64,000 nucleotides of DNA from Nemertoderma westbladi (taxonomy: Eukaryota; Animalia; Xenacoelomorpha), in contig JAUCBJ010005435.1 of NCBI GenBank assembly GCA_032718475.1, positions 1,417 through 65,416 of the forward strand. The letters are read 5' to 3'. The translations under genes and the position numbers were made by a program. Under the pieces are notes generated by a model. The model saw only the letters and a list, made by a program, of their open reading frames with translations. It did no database searches and was not told where the DNA came from. Positions 42,501-54,500 of this stretch are shown piece after piece (within the stretch, counting starts at the first letter, position 1; every line of letters starts with the position of its first letter).

Positions 42501-45500
42501 TACATTGATTCGGTGAGGACATATATTAGTTTCCAGTCGTTCAGCTAAGTGCGTATTGTTTTACTTTGTCTTTCTGTTTTGGGTTTTTCCTCACTAGCAG
42601 GGTAAGCCTAAAGTCATTAGTTTGAAATGTTGTGCACCTGCATTTATATATGTTGTGCACCTGCATAGATATGCATTTATAACTTCATGCATATCTACCG
42701 GAACTTCAGAAACGGTCATGTAAATTAACTACAAAATTTTCCAACTGGTTATTTTCTTCCGATAGGCATTTGATTGGGCTCTGTCGGGAATGAAATACCT
42801 CGCCAAAATGAATATGCAACAAGTTATTAACGAAGATGGTTGTAAACGGTTGCTAAGATACCTGGAACGCTACCAACGGAAGCATCCACCAATAGCGAAC
42901 GATACCTTCAAGAAAATGTCGGATTTAGCTCAATCGATGGGTAGGTCTAGTCTCAATGTTAACATCCATCACTCAATTGTCCATATAGATTCAATTAATT
43001 TATAAGTTAAACAGGATGAAGAGAAGTCTACGGACACCATCAGGAGACACGGGTTGGAAATATGAATTCCGAAGTTCTAAAATTCATCTTATTTAACTTC
43101 AACTTCTATTAATCCAGAGTCCTGTTTAATCTTAGAACATTTCAGGAAGTTTCAATGTTTCCTTGGAATCTTAATTTATTGGTTGCATGTTTAACAATTC
43201 TTTTAGGTACTCAAAGAATTTTGCAGCAGGTAGAGTTCGCCCAATCCCGTTGCCGAGAAACCGAACAGTTGCTAAGGAAACGGACTATGTCTCTAACGAA
43301 AGCCGCCAATCAGTTCCACGTGGAGGACGAACCTAGCAGCGCGAACTCTTCGTTCCACACGCAGCCGACGGCCGCCCAACCCGGCGACGGAGACAACCTC
43401 TCGATGTGCACCCACGTCGACGAGCAGGTCGTACCGGAGTACTCGATGGACGAAGCCTCCGAGTCGGAGAGTCTCCCGTCGGATCGGTTCGCCCGCCGTC
43501 CCTCGCAACCGAGCGGCCACCGACCCTCCCAACCGCCCCCCATGCCGGTCTACTACCACCGTCGGACGGACTCGGCCCAGACGGACCCCACCCCGGGACG
43601 ATTAAACCCGTCGCCCCCCGGAGACCCGTCGCCCAGACAACCCGACATCACGGACTCGGTTCCTTCTCGTCTCCGCGGCCGCTCTCACTCCATGCAGGAC
43701 CTCGGGCCCGACCGCTCTGACGACGACGTCGCCTCCAACCTACTGGAAGCGCAGCAACAGGCCGAGTTGCTGCAGATCGGGATCGATCCAAAGATAAACA
43801 ATCAGTTGCCTAAGCGACCGGCAGCCAAGAAGGTTGGTTACACTTGGTCTATTTGCGGTAGTCTGTGTTCTCTATGTGTAGCGGTTGACGTACTAGCCAT
43901 GCCGCATGGCGGTGCGGGTTGGAGGTATTAACGTTCACTAATTACAATCGTTCTCTTCCGTGGAATTATTTTTCATTTTCTTAAAATATTAATTATTTCT
44001 GGTTTTAATGCATCCCTATACTTCACACAGACAGAGTACCATATCCTTTGTTTCTGGTGTACGGGATATGCTAATATAATATGTGGCGGCATGTGTGTAC
44101 GAGATTAACATATTGCTATGGTAACAATCTCTAAGGGTGCCGCCACACAAAGAATCAATGCCGATTATCGTATAATTCGGTGTATTATGGCGCCATGTCA
44201 TCGTAACTGACTCGATTACTGGGTTGTTTTAGGTAAATATGAGTCCGGCCCATGAGGAGAGCTCTATAATGACCCCGGTGGTATCGGCACAGTTGCGGAA
44301 CATCATGTCGGAACTCATACAAACCGAACGGGACTACATCTCTTCTTTAGACTATGTTATAGAACATTACGTGCCTCACACAGACCGCAGTGACCTACCC
44401 CAAGGATTACGGGGCAGACGAACTGTCGTCTTCTGTAACATCGAGAAAATACGGGACTTCCACAAACATTACTTCCTATCCAGTATTCAGGGTAAGTTAT
44501 CACATGTTCTTCTTATTAAAATGTACTAATTACTGTACAGGATAATTTATACTAATTTAATTTAAAAATTATAATACTATCAAGCAAGACCAAAAAAACG
44601 TAAATTGTTTGGATAAAAATATTCGCAGCAGTTCCCTTGACTGCATAAGTTTTAATAATTAAATTAAATTATAATTATAATTAACCAAGTATCAGTAGTT
44701 GGCATGGTTTATTTGGTTATGGTTAACATTAATGGTTAACACATAAAAAATATGGATCTTTAATAGTAACCTATTATGTTCTAGAATATGAAGATAACCC
44801 TTTGAATATTGGGGTTGCCTTCATACGACACGAGAAGAGTTTCAACCTCTACACTCTGTACAACAAGAATAAACCGTGTTCAGACAGTCTGCTGGCGGAT
44901 CACAGCGATTACTTCCACATAAAACAGAATGAACTTGGCGATAAACTCAATCTCGCGAGCTACTTACTCAAACCGGTGCAACGGATGACCAAGTACGCCT
45001 TACTAATACAGGACCTACTTAAACATGCGCCACCTGGCGACAATCCCTCGAATAATCTAAAGTCTGCCCTCGATATGGTGCGATTCACACTTCGTCATGG
45101 CAACGACTTGCTCGCTCTGGAGAGTCTAATGCATTGCGATTTTAATATCAACGAACAGGGGCAGTTATTGATGCAGGATGAATTCTTAGTATGGCAGGTA
45201 GGTGGCGCACCAAGAGTATTAGTAAACCCGCAGCAAATCAAATACAAATCCTTGTAAACCTCGCAGCATAATCTCAATGTTATAATATTAATATGTTTCA
45301 TGGTTTTTCTTTCAGGGGCGTAAGAAGTTTATGAGACACGTGTTCTTGTTTCAAGAATTAGTTGTGTTTAGTAAACGAAAGAAAAGCCGTAGAGGGGCTG
45401 ATGTATATCACTATAAATCTAGTTACAAGGTGAGTATGGGACCATGTAGGGTGACAAGGTTAGTATGGGACCATGTAGGGTGACAAGGTTAGTATGGGAC

Positions 45501-48500
45501 CATGTAGGATGACAAGGTGAGTATGGGACCATGTAGGGTGACAAGGTGAGTATGGGACCGTGTAGGGTGACAGGTGAGTATGGGACCGTGTAGGGTGACA
45601 AGGTGAGTATGGGACCATGTAGGGTGACAAGGTGAGTATGGGACCATGTAGGGTGACAAGGTGAGTATGGGACCATGTAGGGTGACAAGGTGAGTATGGG
45701 ACCGTGTAGGGTGACAAGGTGAGTATGGGACCATGTAGGGTGACAAGGTGAGTATGGGACCATGTAGGGTGACAAGGTGAGTATGGGACCGTGTAGGGTG
45801 ACAAGGTGAGTATGGGACCGTGTATGGTGACAAGGTGAATATGGGACCGTGTAGGGTGACAAGGTGAGTATGGGACCATGTAGGGTGACAAGGTGAGTAT
45901 GGGACCGTGTATGGTGACAAGGTGAATATGGGACCGTGTAGGGTGACAAGGTGAGTATGGGACCATGTAGGGTGACAAGGTGAGTATGGGACCGTGTAGG
46001 GTGACAAGGTGAGTATGGGACCGTGTAGGGTGACAAGGTGAGTATGGGACCGTCTAGGGTGACAAGGTGAGTATGGGACCATGTAGAGTGACAAGGTCCA
46101 TGTAGGGTGACAAAGGTGAGTATGGGACCATGTAGGGTGACAAGGTGAGTATGGGACCATGTAGGGTGACAATGTGAGTATGGGACCATGTAGGGTGACA
46201 AGGTGAGTATGGGACCGTGTAGGGCGACAAGGTGAGTATGGGACCGTCTAGGGTGACAAGGTGAGTATGGGACCATGTAGAGTGACAAGGTCCATGTAGG
46301 GTGACAAAGGTGAGTATGGGACCATGTAGGGTGACAAGGTGAGTATGGGACCATGTAGGGTGACAAGGTGAGTATGGGACCATGTAGGGTGACAAAGGTG
46401 AGTATGGGACCATGTAGGGTGACAAGGTGAGTATGGGACCATGTAGGGTGACAAGGTGAGTATGGGACCATGTAGGGTGACAAAGGTGAGTATGGGACCA
46501 TGTAGGGTGACAAGGTGAGTATGGGACCATGTAGGGTGACAAGGTGAGTATGGGACCATGTAGGGTGACAAGGTGAGTATGGGACCGTGTAGGGTGACAA
46601 GGTGAGTATGGGACCATGTAGGGTGACAAGGTGAGTATGGGACCATGTAGGGTGACAAGGTGAGTATGGGACCATGTAGGGTGACAAGGTGAGTATGGGA
46701 CCATGTAGGGTGACAAAGGTGAGTATGGGACCATTTAGGGTGACAAGGTGAGTATGGGACCATGTAGGGTGACAAGGTGAGTATGGGACCATGTAGGGTG
46801 ACAAGGTGAGTATGGGACCGTGTAGGGTGACAAGGTGAGTATGGGACCGTGTAGGGTGACAAGGTGAGTATGGGACCGTGTAGGGTGACAAGGTGAGTAT
46901 GGGACCGTGTAGGGTGACAAGGTGAGTATGGGACCATGTAGGGCGACAAGGTGAGTATGGGACCATGTAGGGCGACAAGGTGATTATGGGACCATGTAGG
47001 GTGACAAGGTGAGTATGGGACCATGTAGGGTGACAAGGTGAGTATGGGACCATGTAGGGTGATAAGGTGAGTATGGGACCATGTAGGGTGACAAGGTAAG
47101 TATGGGACCATGTAGGGTGACAAGGTGAGTATGGGACCATGTAGGGTGACAATGTGAGTATGGGACCATGTAGGGTGACAAGGTGAGTATGGGACCATGT
47201 AGGGTGACAAGGTGAGTATGGGACCATGTAGGGTGACAAGGTGAGTATGGGACCATGTAGGGTGACAAGGTGAGTATGGGACCATGTAGGGTGACAAGGT
47301 GAGTATGGGACCATGTAGGGTGACAAGGTGAGTATGGGACCATGTAGGGTGACAAGGTGAGTATGGGACCGTGTAGGGTGACAAGGTGAGTATGGGACCA
47401 TGTAGGGTGACAAGGTGAGTATGGGACCATGTAGGGTGACAAGGTGAGTATGGGACCGTGTAGGGTGACAAGGTGAGTATGGGACCGTGTATGGTGACAA
47501 GGTGAATATGGGACCGTGTAGGGTGACAAGGTGAGTATGGGACCATGTAGGGTGACAAGGTGAGTATGGGACCGTGTATGGTGACAAGGTGAATATGGGA
47601 CCGTGTAGGGTGACAAGGTGAGTATGGGACCGTGTAGGGTGACAAGGTGAGTATGGGACCATGTAGGGTGACAAGGTGAGTATGGGACCATGTAGGGTGA
47701 TAAGGTGAGTATGGGACCGTGTAGGGTGACAAGGTGAGTATGGGACCATGTAGGGTGACAAGGTGAGTATGGGACCGTGTAGGGTGACAAGGTGAGTATG
47801 GGACCGTGTAGGGTGACAAGGTGAGTATGGGACCATGTAGGGTGACAAGGTGAGTATGGGACCGTGTAGGGTGACAAGGTGAGTATGGGACCATGTAGGG
47901 TGACAAGGTGAGTGAGTATGGGACCGTGTAGGGTGACAAGGTGAGTATGGGACCATGTAGGGTGACAAGGTGAGTATGGGACCGTGTAGGGTGACAAGGT
48001 GAGTATGGGACCGTGTAGGGTGACAAGGTGAGTATGGGACCGTGTAGGGTGACAAGGTGAGTATGGGACCATGTAGGGTGACAAGGTGAGTATGGGACCG
48101 TGTAGGGTGACAAGGTGAGTATGGGACCGTGTAGGGTAACAAGGTGAGTATGGGACCATGTAGGGTGACAAGGTGAGTATGGGGCCGTGTAGGGTGACAA
48201 GGTGAGTATGGGACCATGTAGGGTGACAAGGTGAGTATGGGACCATGTAGGGTGACAAGGTGAGTATGGGACCGTGTATGGTGACAAGGTGAGCATGGGA
48301 CCGTGTAGGGTGACAAGGTGAGTATGGGACCGTGTAGGGCGACAAGGTGAGTATGGGACCATGTAGGGTGACAAGGTGAGTATGGGTCCGTGTAGGGTGA
48401 CAAGGTGAGTATGGGACCGTGTAGGGTGACAAGGTGAGTGTGGGACCGTGTAGGGCGACAAGGTGAGTATGGGACCGTGTAGGGTGACAAGGTGAGTATG

Positions 48501-51500
48501 GGACCGTGTATGGTGACAAGGTGAGCATGGGAGCGTGTAGGGTGACAAGGTGAGTATGGGACCGTGTAGGGCGACAAGGTGAGTATGGGACCATGTAGGG
48601 CGACAAGGTGAGTATGGGACCGTGTAGGGTGACTAGGTGAGTATGGGACCATGTAGGGTGACAAGGTGAGTATGGGACCATGTAGGGTGACAAGGTGAGT
48701 ATGGGACCGTGTAGGGTGACAAGGTGAGTGTGGGACCGTGTAGGGCGACAAGGTGAGTATGGGACCGTGTAGGGTGACAATGTGAGTATGGGACCATGTA
48801 GGGCGACAAGGTGAGTATGGGACCGTGTAGGGTGACAAGGTGAGTATGGGACCGTGTAGGGTGACAAGGTGAGCATGGGACCGTGTAGGGCGACAAGGTG
48901 AGTATGGGACCGTGTATAGGGTGACAAGGTGAGTATGGGACCGTGTAGGGTGACAAGGTGAGTATGGGACCGTGTAGGGTGACAAGGTGAGTATGTGACC
49001 GTGTAGGGCGACAAGGTGAGTATGGGACCGTGTAGGGTGACAAGGTGAGTATGGGAGGACCATGTAGGGTGACAAAGGTGAGTATGGGACCGTGTATGGT
49101 GACAAGGTGAGTATGGGACCGTGTAGGGTGACAAGGTGAGTATGGGACCATGTAGGGTGACAAGGTGAGTATGGGACCGTGTATGGTGACAAGGTGAGTA
49201 TGGGACCGTGTATAGGGTGACAAGGTGAGTATGGGACCATGTAGGGTGACAAGGTGAGTATGGGACCGTGTAGGGTGACAAGGTGAGTATGGGACCGTGT
49301 AGGGTGACAAGGTGAGTATGGGACCGTGTAGGGTGACAAGGTGAGTATGGGAGGACCATGTAGGGTGACAAAGGTGAGTATGGGACCGTGTATGGTGACA
49401 AGGTGAGTATGGGACCATGTAGGGTGACAAGGTGAGTATGGGACCGTGTAGGGTGACAAGGTGAGTATGGGACCGTGTAGGGTGACAAGGTGAGTATGGG
49501 ACCGTGTAGGGTGACAAGGTGAGTATGGGAGGACCATGTAGGGTGACAAAGGTGAGTATGGGACCGTGTAGGGCGACAAAGTGAGTATGGGACCGTGTAG
49601 GGTGACAAGGTGAGTATGGGACCGTGTATGGTGACAAGGTGGGTATGGGACCGTGTATAGGGTGACAAGGTGAGTATGGGACCATGTAGGGTGAAAAGGT
49701 GAGTATGGGACCGTGTAGGGTGACAAGGTGAGTATGGGACCGTGTAGGGTGACAAGGTGAGTATGGGAGGACCATGTAGGGTGACAAAGGTGAGTATGGG
49801 ACCGTGTATGGTGACAAGGTGAGTATGGGACCGTGTAGGGTGACAAGGTGAGTATGGGACCATGTAGGGTGACAAGGTGAGTATGGGACCATGTAGGGTG
49901 ACAAGGTGAGTATGGGACCGTGTATGGTGACAAGGTGGGTATGGGACCGTGTATAGGGTGACAAGGTGAGTATGGGACCATGTAGGGTGACAAGGTGAGT
50001 ATGGGACCGTGTAGGGTGACAAGGTGAGTATGGGACCGTGTAGGGTGACAAGGTGAGTATGGGACCTTGTAGGGTGACAATGTGAGTATGGGAGGACCAT
50101 GTAGGGTGACAAAGGTGAGTATGGGACCGTGTATGGTGACAAGGTGAGTATGGGACCATGTAGGGTGACAAGGTGAGTATGGGACCGTGTAGGGTGACAA
50201 GGTGAGTATGGGACCATGTAGGGTGACAAGGTGAGTATGGGACCGTGTAGGGTGACAAGGTGAGTATGGGAGGACCATTTAGGGTGACAAAGGTGAGTAT
50301 GGGACCGTGTATGGTGACAAGGTGAGTATGGGACCATGTAGGGTGACAAGGTGAGTATGGGACCGTGTATGGTGACAAGGTGGGTATGGGACCGTGTATA
50401 GGGTGACAAGGTGAGTATGGGACCATGTAGGGTGAAAAGGTGAGTATGGGACCGTGTAGGGTGACAAGGTGAGTATGGGACCATGTAGGGTGACAAAGTG
50501 AGTATGGGACCGTGTAGGGTGACAAGGTGAGTATGGGACCATGTAGGGTGACAAGGTGAGTATGGGACCGTGTAGGGTGACAAGGTGAGTATGGGACCGT
50601 GTAGGGTGACAAGGTGAGTATGGGACCGTGTAGTGTGACAAGGTGAGTATGGGACCATGTAGGGTGACAAGGTGAGTATGGGACCGTGTAGGGTGACAAG
50701 GTGAGTATGGGACCGTGTAGGGTGACAAGGTGAGTATGGGACCATGTAGGGTGACAAGGTGAGTATGGGACCGTGTAGGGTAACAAGGTGAGTATGGGAC
50801 CATGTAGGGTGACAGGTGAGTATGGGACCATGTAGGGTGACAAGGTGAGTATGGGACCGTGTATGGTGACAAGGTGAGCATGGGACCGTGTAGGGTGACA
50901 AGGTGAGTATGGGACCGTGTAGGGCGACAAGGTGAGTATGGGACCATGTAGGGTGACAAGGTGAGTATGGGACCGTGTAGGGTGACAAGGTGAGTATAGG
51001 ACCGTGTAGGGTGACAAGGTGAGTATGGGACCGTGTAGGGCGACAAGGTGAGTATGGGACCGTGTACGGTGACAAGGTGAGTATGGGACCATGTAGGGTG
51101 ACAAGGTGAGTATGGGACCGTGTAGGGTGACAAGGTGGGTATGGGACCGTGTATGGTGACAAGGTGAGCATGGGACCGTGTAGGGTGACAAGGTGGGTAT
51201 GGGACCGTGTATGGTGACAAGGTGAGCATGGGACCGTGTAGGGTGACAAGGTGAGTATGGGACCGTGTAGGGCGACAAGGTGAGTATGGGACCATGTAGG
51301 GTGACAAGGTGAGTATGGGACCGTGTAGGGTGACAAGGTGAGTATGGGACCGTGTAGGGTGACAAGGTGAGTATGGGACCGTGTAGGGTGACAAGGTGAG
51401 TATGGGACCGTGTAGGGCGACAAGGTGAGTATGGGACCATGTAGGGTGACAAGGTGAGTATGGGACCGTGTAGGGTGACAAGGTGAGTATGGGACCGTGT

Positions 51501-54500
51501 ATGGTGACAGGTGAATATGGGACCGTGTAGGGTGACAAGGTGAGTATGGGACCATGTAGGGTGACAAGGTGAGTATGGGACCATGTAGGGTGACAAGGTG
51601 AGTATGGGACCGTCAAGGTGAGTATGGGACCGTGTATGGTGCAATTAGTTTAAGTTAATAGATTATCGGTAAATGGCATTAATTAATTAATATATTACAT
51701 GCGTATATACCAGTGCAATATTTGGTTATAATGGCCATACCGGGTATTTAATTGTATACCTCACTAATTTACCGCCTATACTAAGTTTATTTTCATATTA
51801 TAATCCTTTAACTGAGGAATTCATCATACTAATTGTTTGTTTGTCGGTTTTTTTGGTTTGTACTGTAAGTAAATTCTTTCTTATCATTTTGTAGATGTCC
51901 GAATTGGGTTTGACTCAGACCATCGGTGACTCTGGTTATAAGTTCGGGATTTGGTTCCGTCGATATACCTCGGCTGATAGTTTCACTTTACAGGCCAAAA
52001 GTAGCGAAGTTAAGGAAATCTGGGTCGCCGAGTTAACCAACCTATTACTTCATCAGGTTAGCCGAGTTAGCCAACCTATTACTTCATCAGGTTAGCCGAG
52101 TTAGCCAACCTATTACTTCATCAGGTTAGCCGAGTTAGCCAACCTATTACTTCATCAGGTTAGCCGAGTTAACCAACCTATTACTTCATCAGGTTAGCCG
52201 AGTTAGCCAACCTATTACTTCATCAGGTTAGCCGAGTTAGCCAACCTATTACTTCATCAGGTTAGCCGAGTTAGCCAACCTATTACTTCATCAGGTTAGC
52301 CGAGTTAGCCAACCTATTACTTCATCAGGTTAACCGAGTTAACCAACCTATTACTCCATCAGGTTAGCCGAGTTAGCCAACCTATTACTTCATCAGGTTA
52401 GCCGAGTTAACCAACCTATTACTTCATCAGGTTAGCCGAGTTAGCCAACCTATTACTTGATCAGGTTAGCCGAGTTAGCCAACCTATTACTTGATCAGGT
52501 TAGCCGAGTTAGCCAACCTATTACTTCATCAGGTTAGCCGAGTTAACCAACCTATTACTTCATCAGGTTAGCCGAGTTAACCAACCTATTACTTCATCAG
52601 GTTAGCCGAGTTAGCCAACCTATTACTTCATCAGGTTAGCCGAGTTAGCCAACCTATTACTTGATCAGGTTAGCCGAGTTAACCAACCTATTACTTCATC
52701 AGGTTAGCCGATTTAGCCAACCTATTACTTCATCAGGTTATCCGAGTTAGCCAACCTATTACTTCATCAGGTTAGCCGAGTTAGCCAACCTATTACTTGA
52801 TCAGGTTAGCCGAGTTAGCCAACCTATTACTTGATCAGGTTAGCCGAGTTAACCAACCTATTACTTGATCTGGTTAGCCGAGTTAACCAACCTATTACTT
52901 CATCAGGTTAGCCGAGTTAGCCAACCTATTACTTGATCAGGTTAGCAGAGTTAGCCAACCTATTACTTGATCAGGTTAGACGAGTTAACCAACCTATTAC
53001 TTGATCAGGTTAGCCGAGTTAACCAACCTATTACTTCATCAGGTTAGCCGAGTTAGCCAACCTATTACTTGATCAGGTTAGCCGAGTTAGCCAACCTATT
53101 ACTTGATCAGGTTAGCCGAGTTAACCAACCTATTACTTGATCAGGTTAGCCGAGTTAACCAACCTATTACTTCATCAGGTTAGCCGAGTTAACCAACCTA
53201 TTACTTCATCAGGTTAGCCGAGTTAACCAACCTATTACTTCATCAGGTTAGCCGAGTTAACCAACCTATTACTTGATCAGATTAGCAGAGTTAACCAACC
53301 TATTACTTCATCAGGTTAGCCGAGTTAGCCAACCTATTACTTCATCAGATTAATTAATAACCTACAACTTAATCTTTATTCACTAATTACTAATTTTTTA
53401 TTACATATCCATTTATATATCATTTACATTTACTCTTTTTATAGCGACTTATATGTTATTTATTCACTATATTTATAAATTGTTCAATTACGATTTATAA
53501 TTTTTTTTATTAACTAACTATTTTAATTTTAATTACTCAGTAACGAACTATTAGATACTCAATAACGAACTATTAATTATTTAGTAAGGAGTATTTAGCA
53601 AGAAAATAAAAAATTAAGTATTAAAAATAGTATATTTTCTAGCACAAAATAAGCCATGCTTCTGTGTTCGGAAATGTTGGCGCCTATGAAGTGGCTATAG
53701 TATTTAGTATAGTGGGGTCTGTGGCTGGGGGGGGGGGGGGGGGTGGTGGTATCAAGTATAGTCTTAGTATAATTAATAGTAGTATGCAGTTTTAATATTG
53801 TTGTTTAATTGTTATATATTATATTATATTATGAGTTATTAAGATTGTCTGAACGTTTGTTTTCAGGCGATGAGGAACCGGGAACGCCAACTATCTGAGA
53901 ATAATGCGATGGGAGTTGGAAGTAAACCATCGCTGACTCTAAAGAACAGTTCGTCCAGTATAACCAACAGAGCGCTGGCCTACCTGAAAACAGGCCGAGG
54001 TAAGTATAACCAACAGAGCCCTGGCCTACCTGAAAACAGGCCGAGGTAAGTATAACAAACAGAGCGCTGGCCTACCTGAAAACAGGCCGAGGTAAGTATA
54101 ACCAACAGAGCGCTGGCCTACCTGAAAACAGGCCGAGGTAAGTATAACCAACAGAGCGCTGACCTACCTGAAAACAGGCCGAGGTAAGTATAACCAACAG
54201 AGCGCTGACCTACCTGAAAACAGGCCGAGGTAAGTATAACCAACAGAGCGCTGGCCTATACCTGAAAACAGGCCGAGGTAAGTATAACCAACAGAGCGCT
54301 GGCCTTTCTGAAAACAGGCCGAGGTAAGTATAACCAACAGAGCGCTGGCCTACCTGAAAACAGGCCGAGGTAAGTATAACCAACAGAGCGCTGGCCTATA
54401 CCTGAAAACAGGCCGAGGTAAGTATAACCAACAGAGCGCTGGCCTTTCTGAAAACAGGCCGAGGTAAGTATAACCAACAGAGCGCTGGCCTACCTGAAAA

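Noticed and set aside
45419-51644. Very long minus-strand ORFs (up to 1619 aa, PYSPCHPTRSHTHLVTLHGPILTLS repeats)
   Set aside because: Artefact of a 29-bp tandem unit that lacks stops on the minus strand; all three frames give the same peptide, and it lies antisense within an intron.
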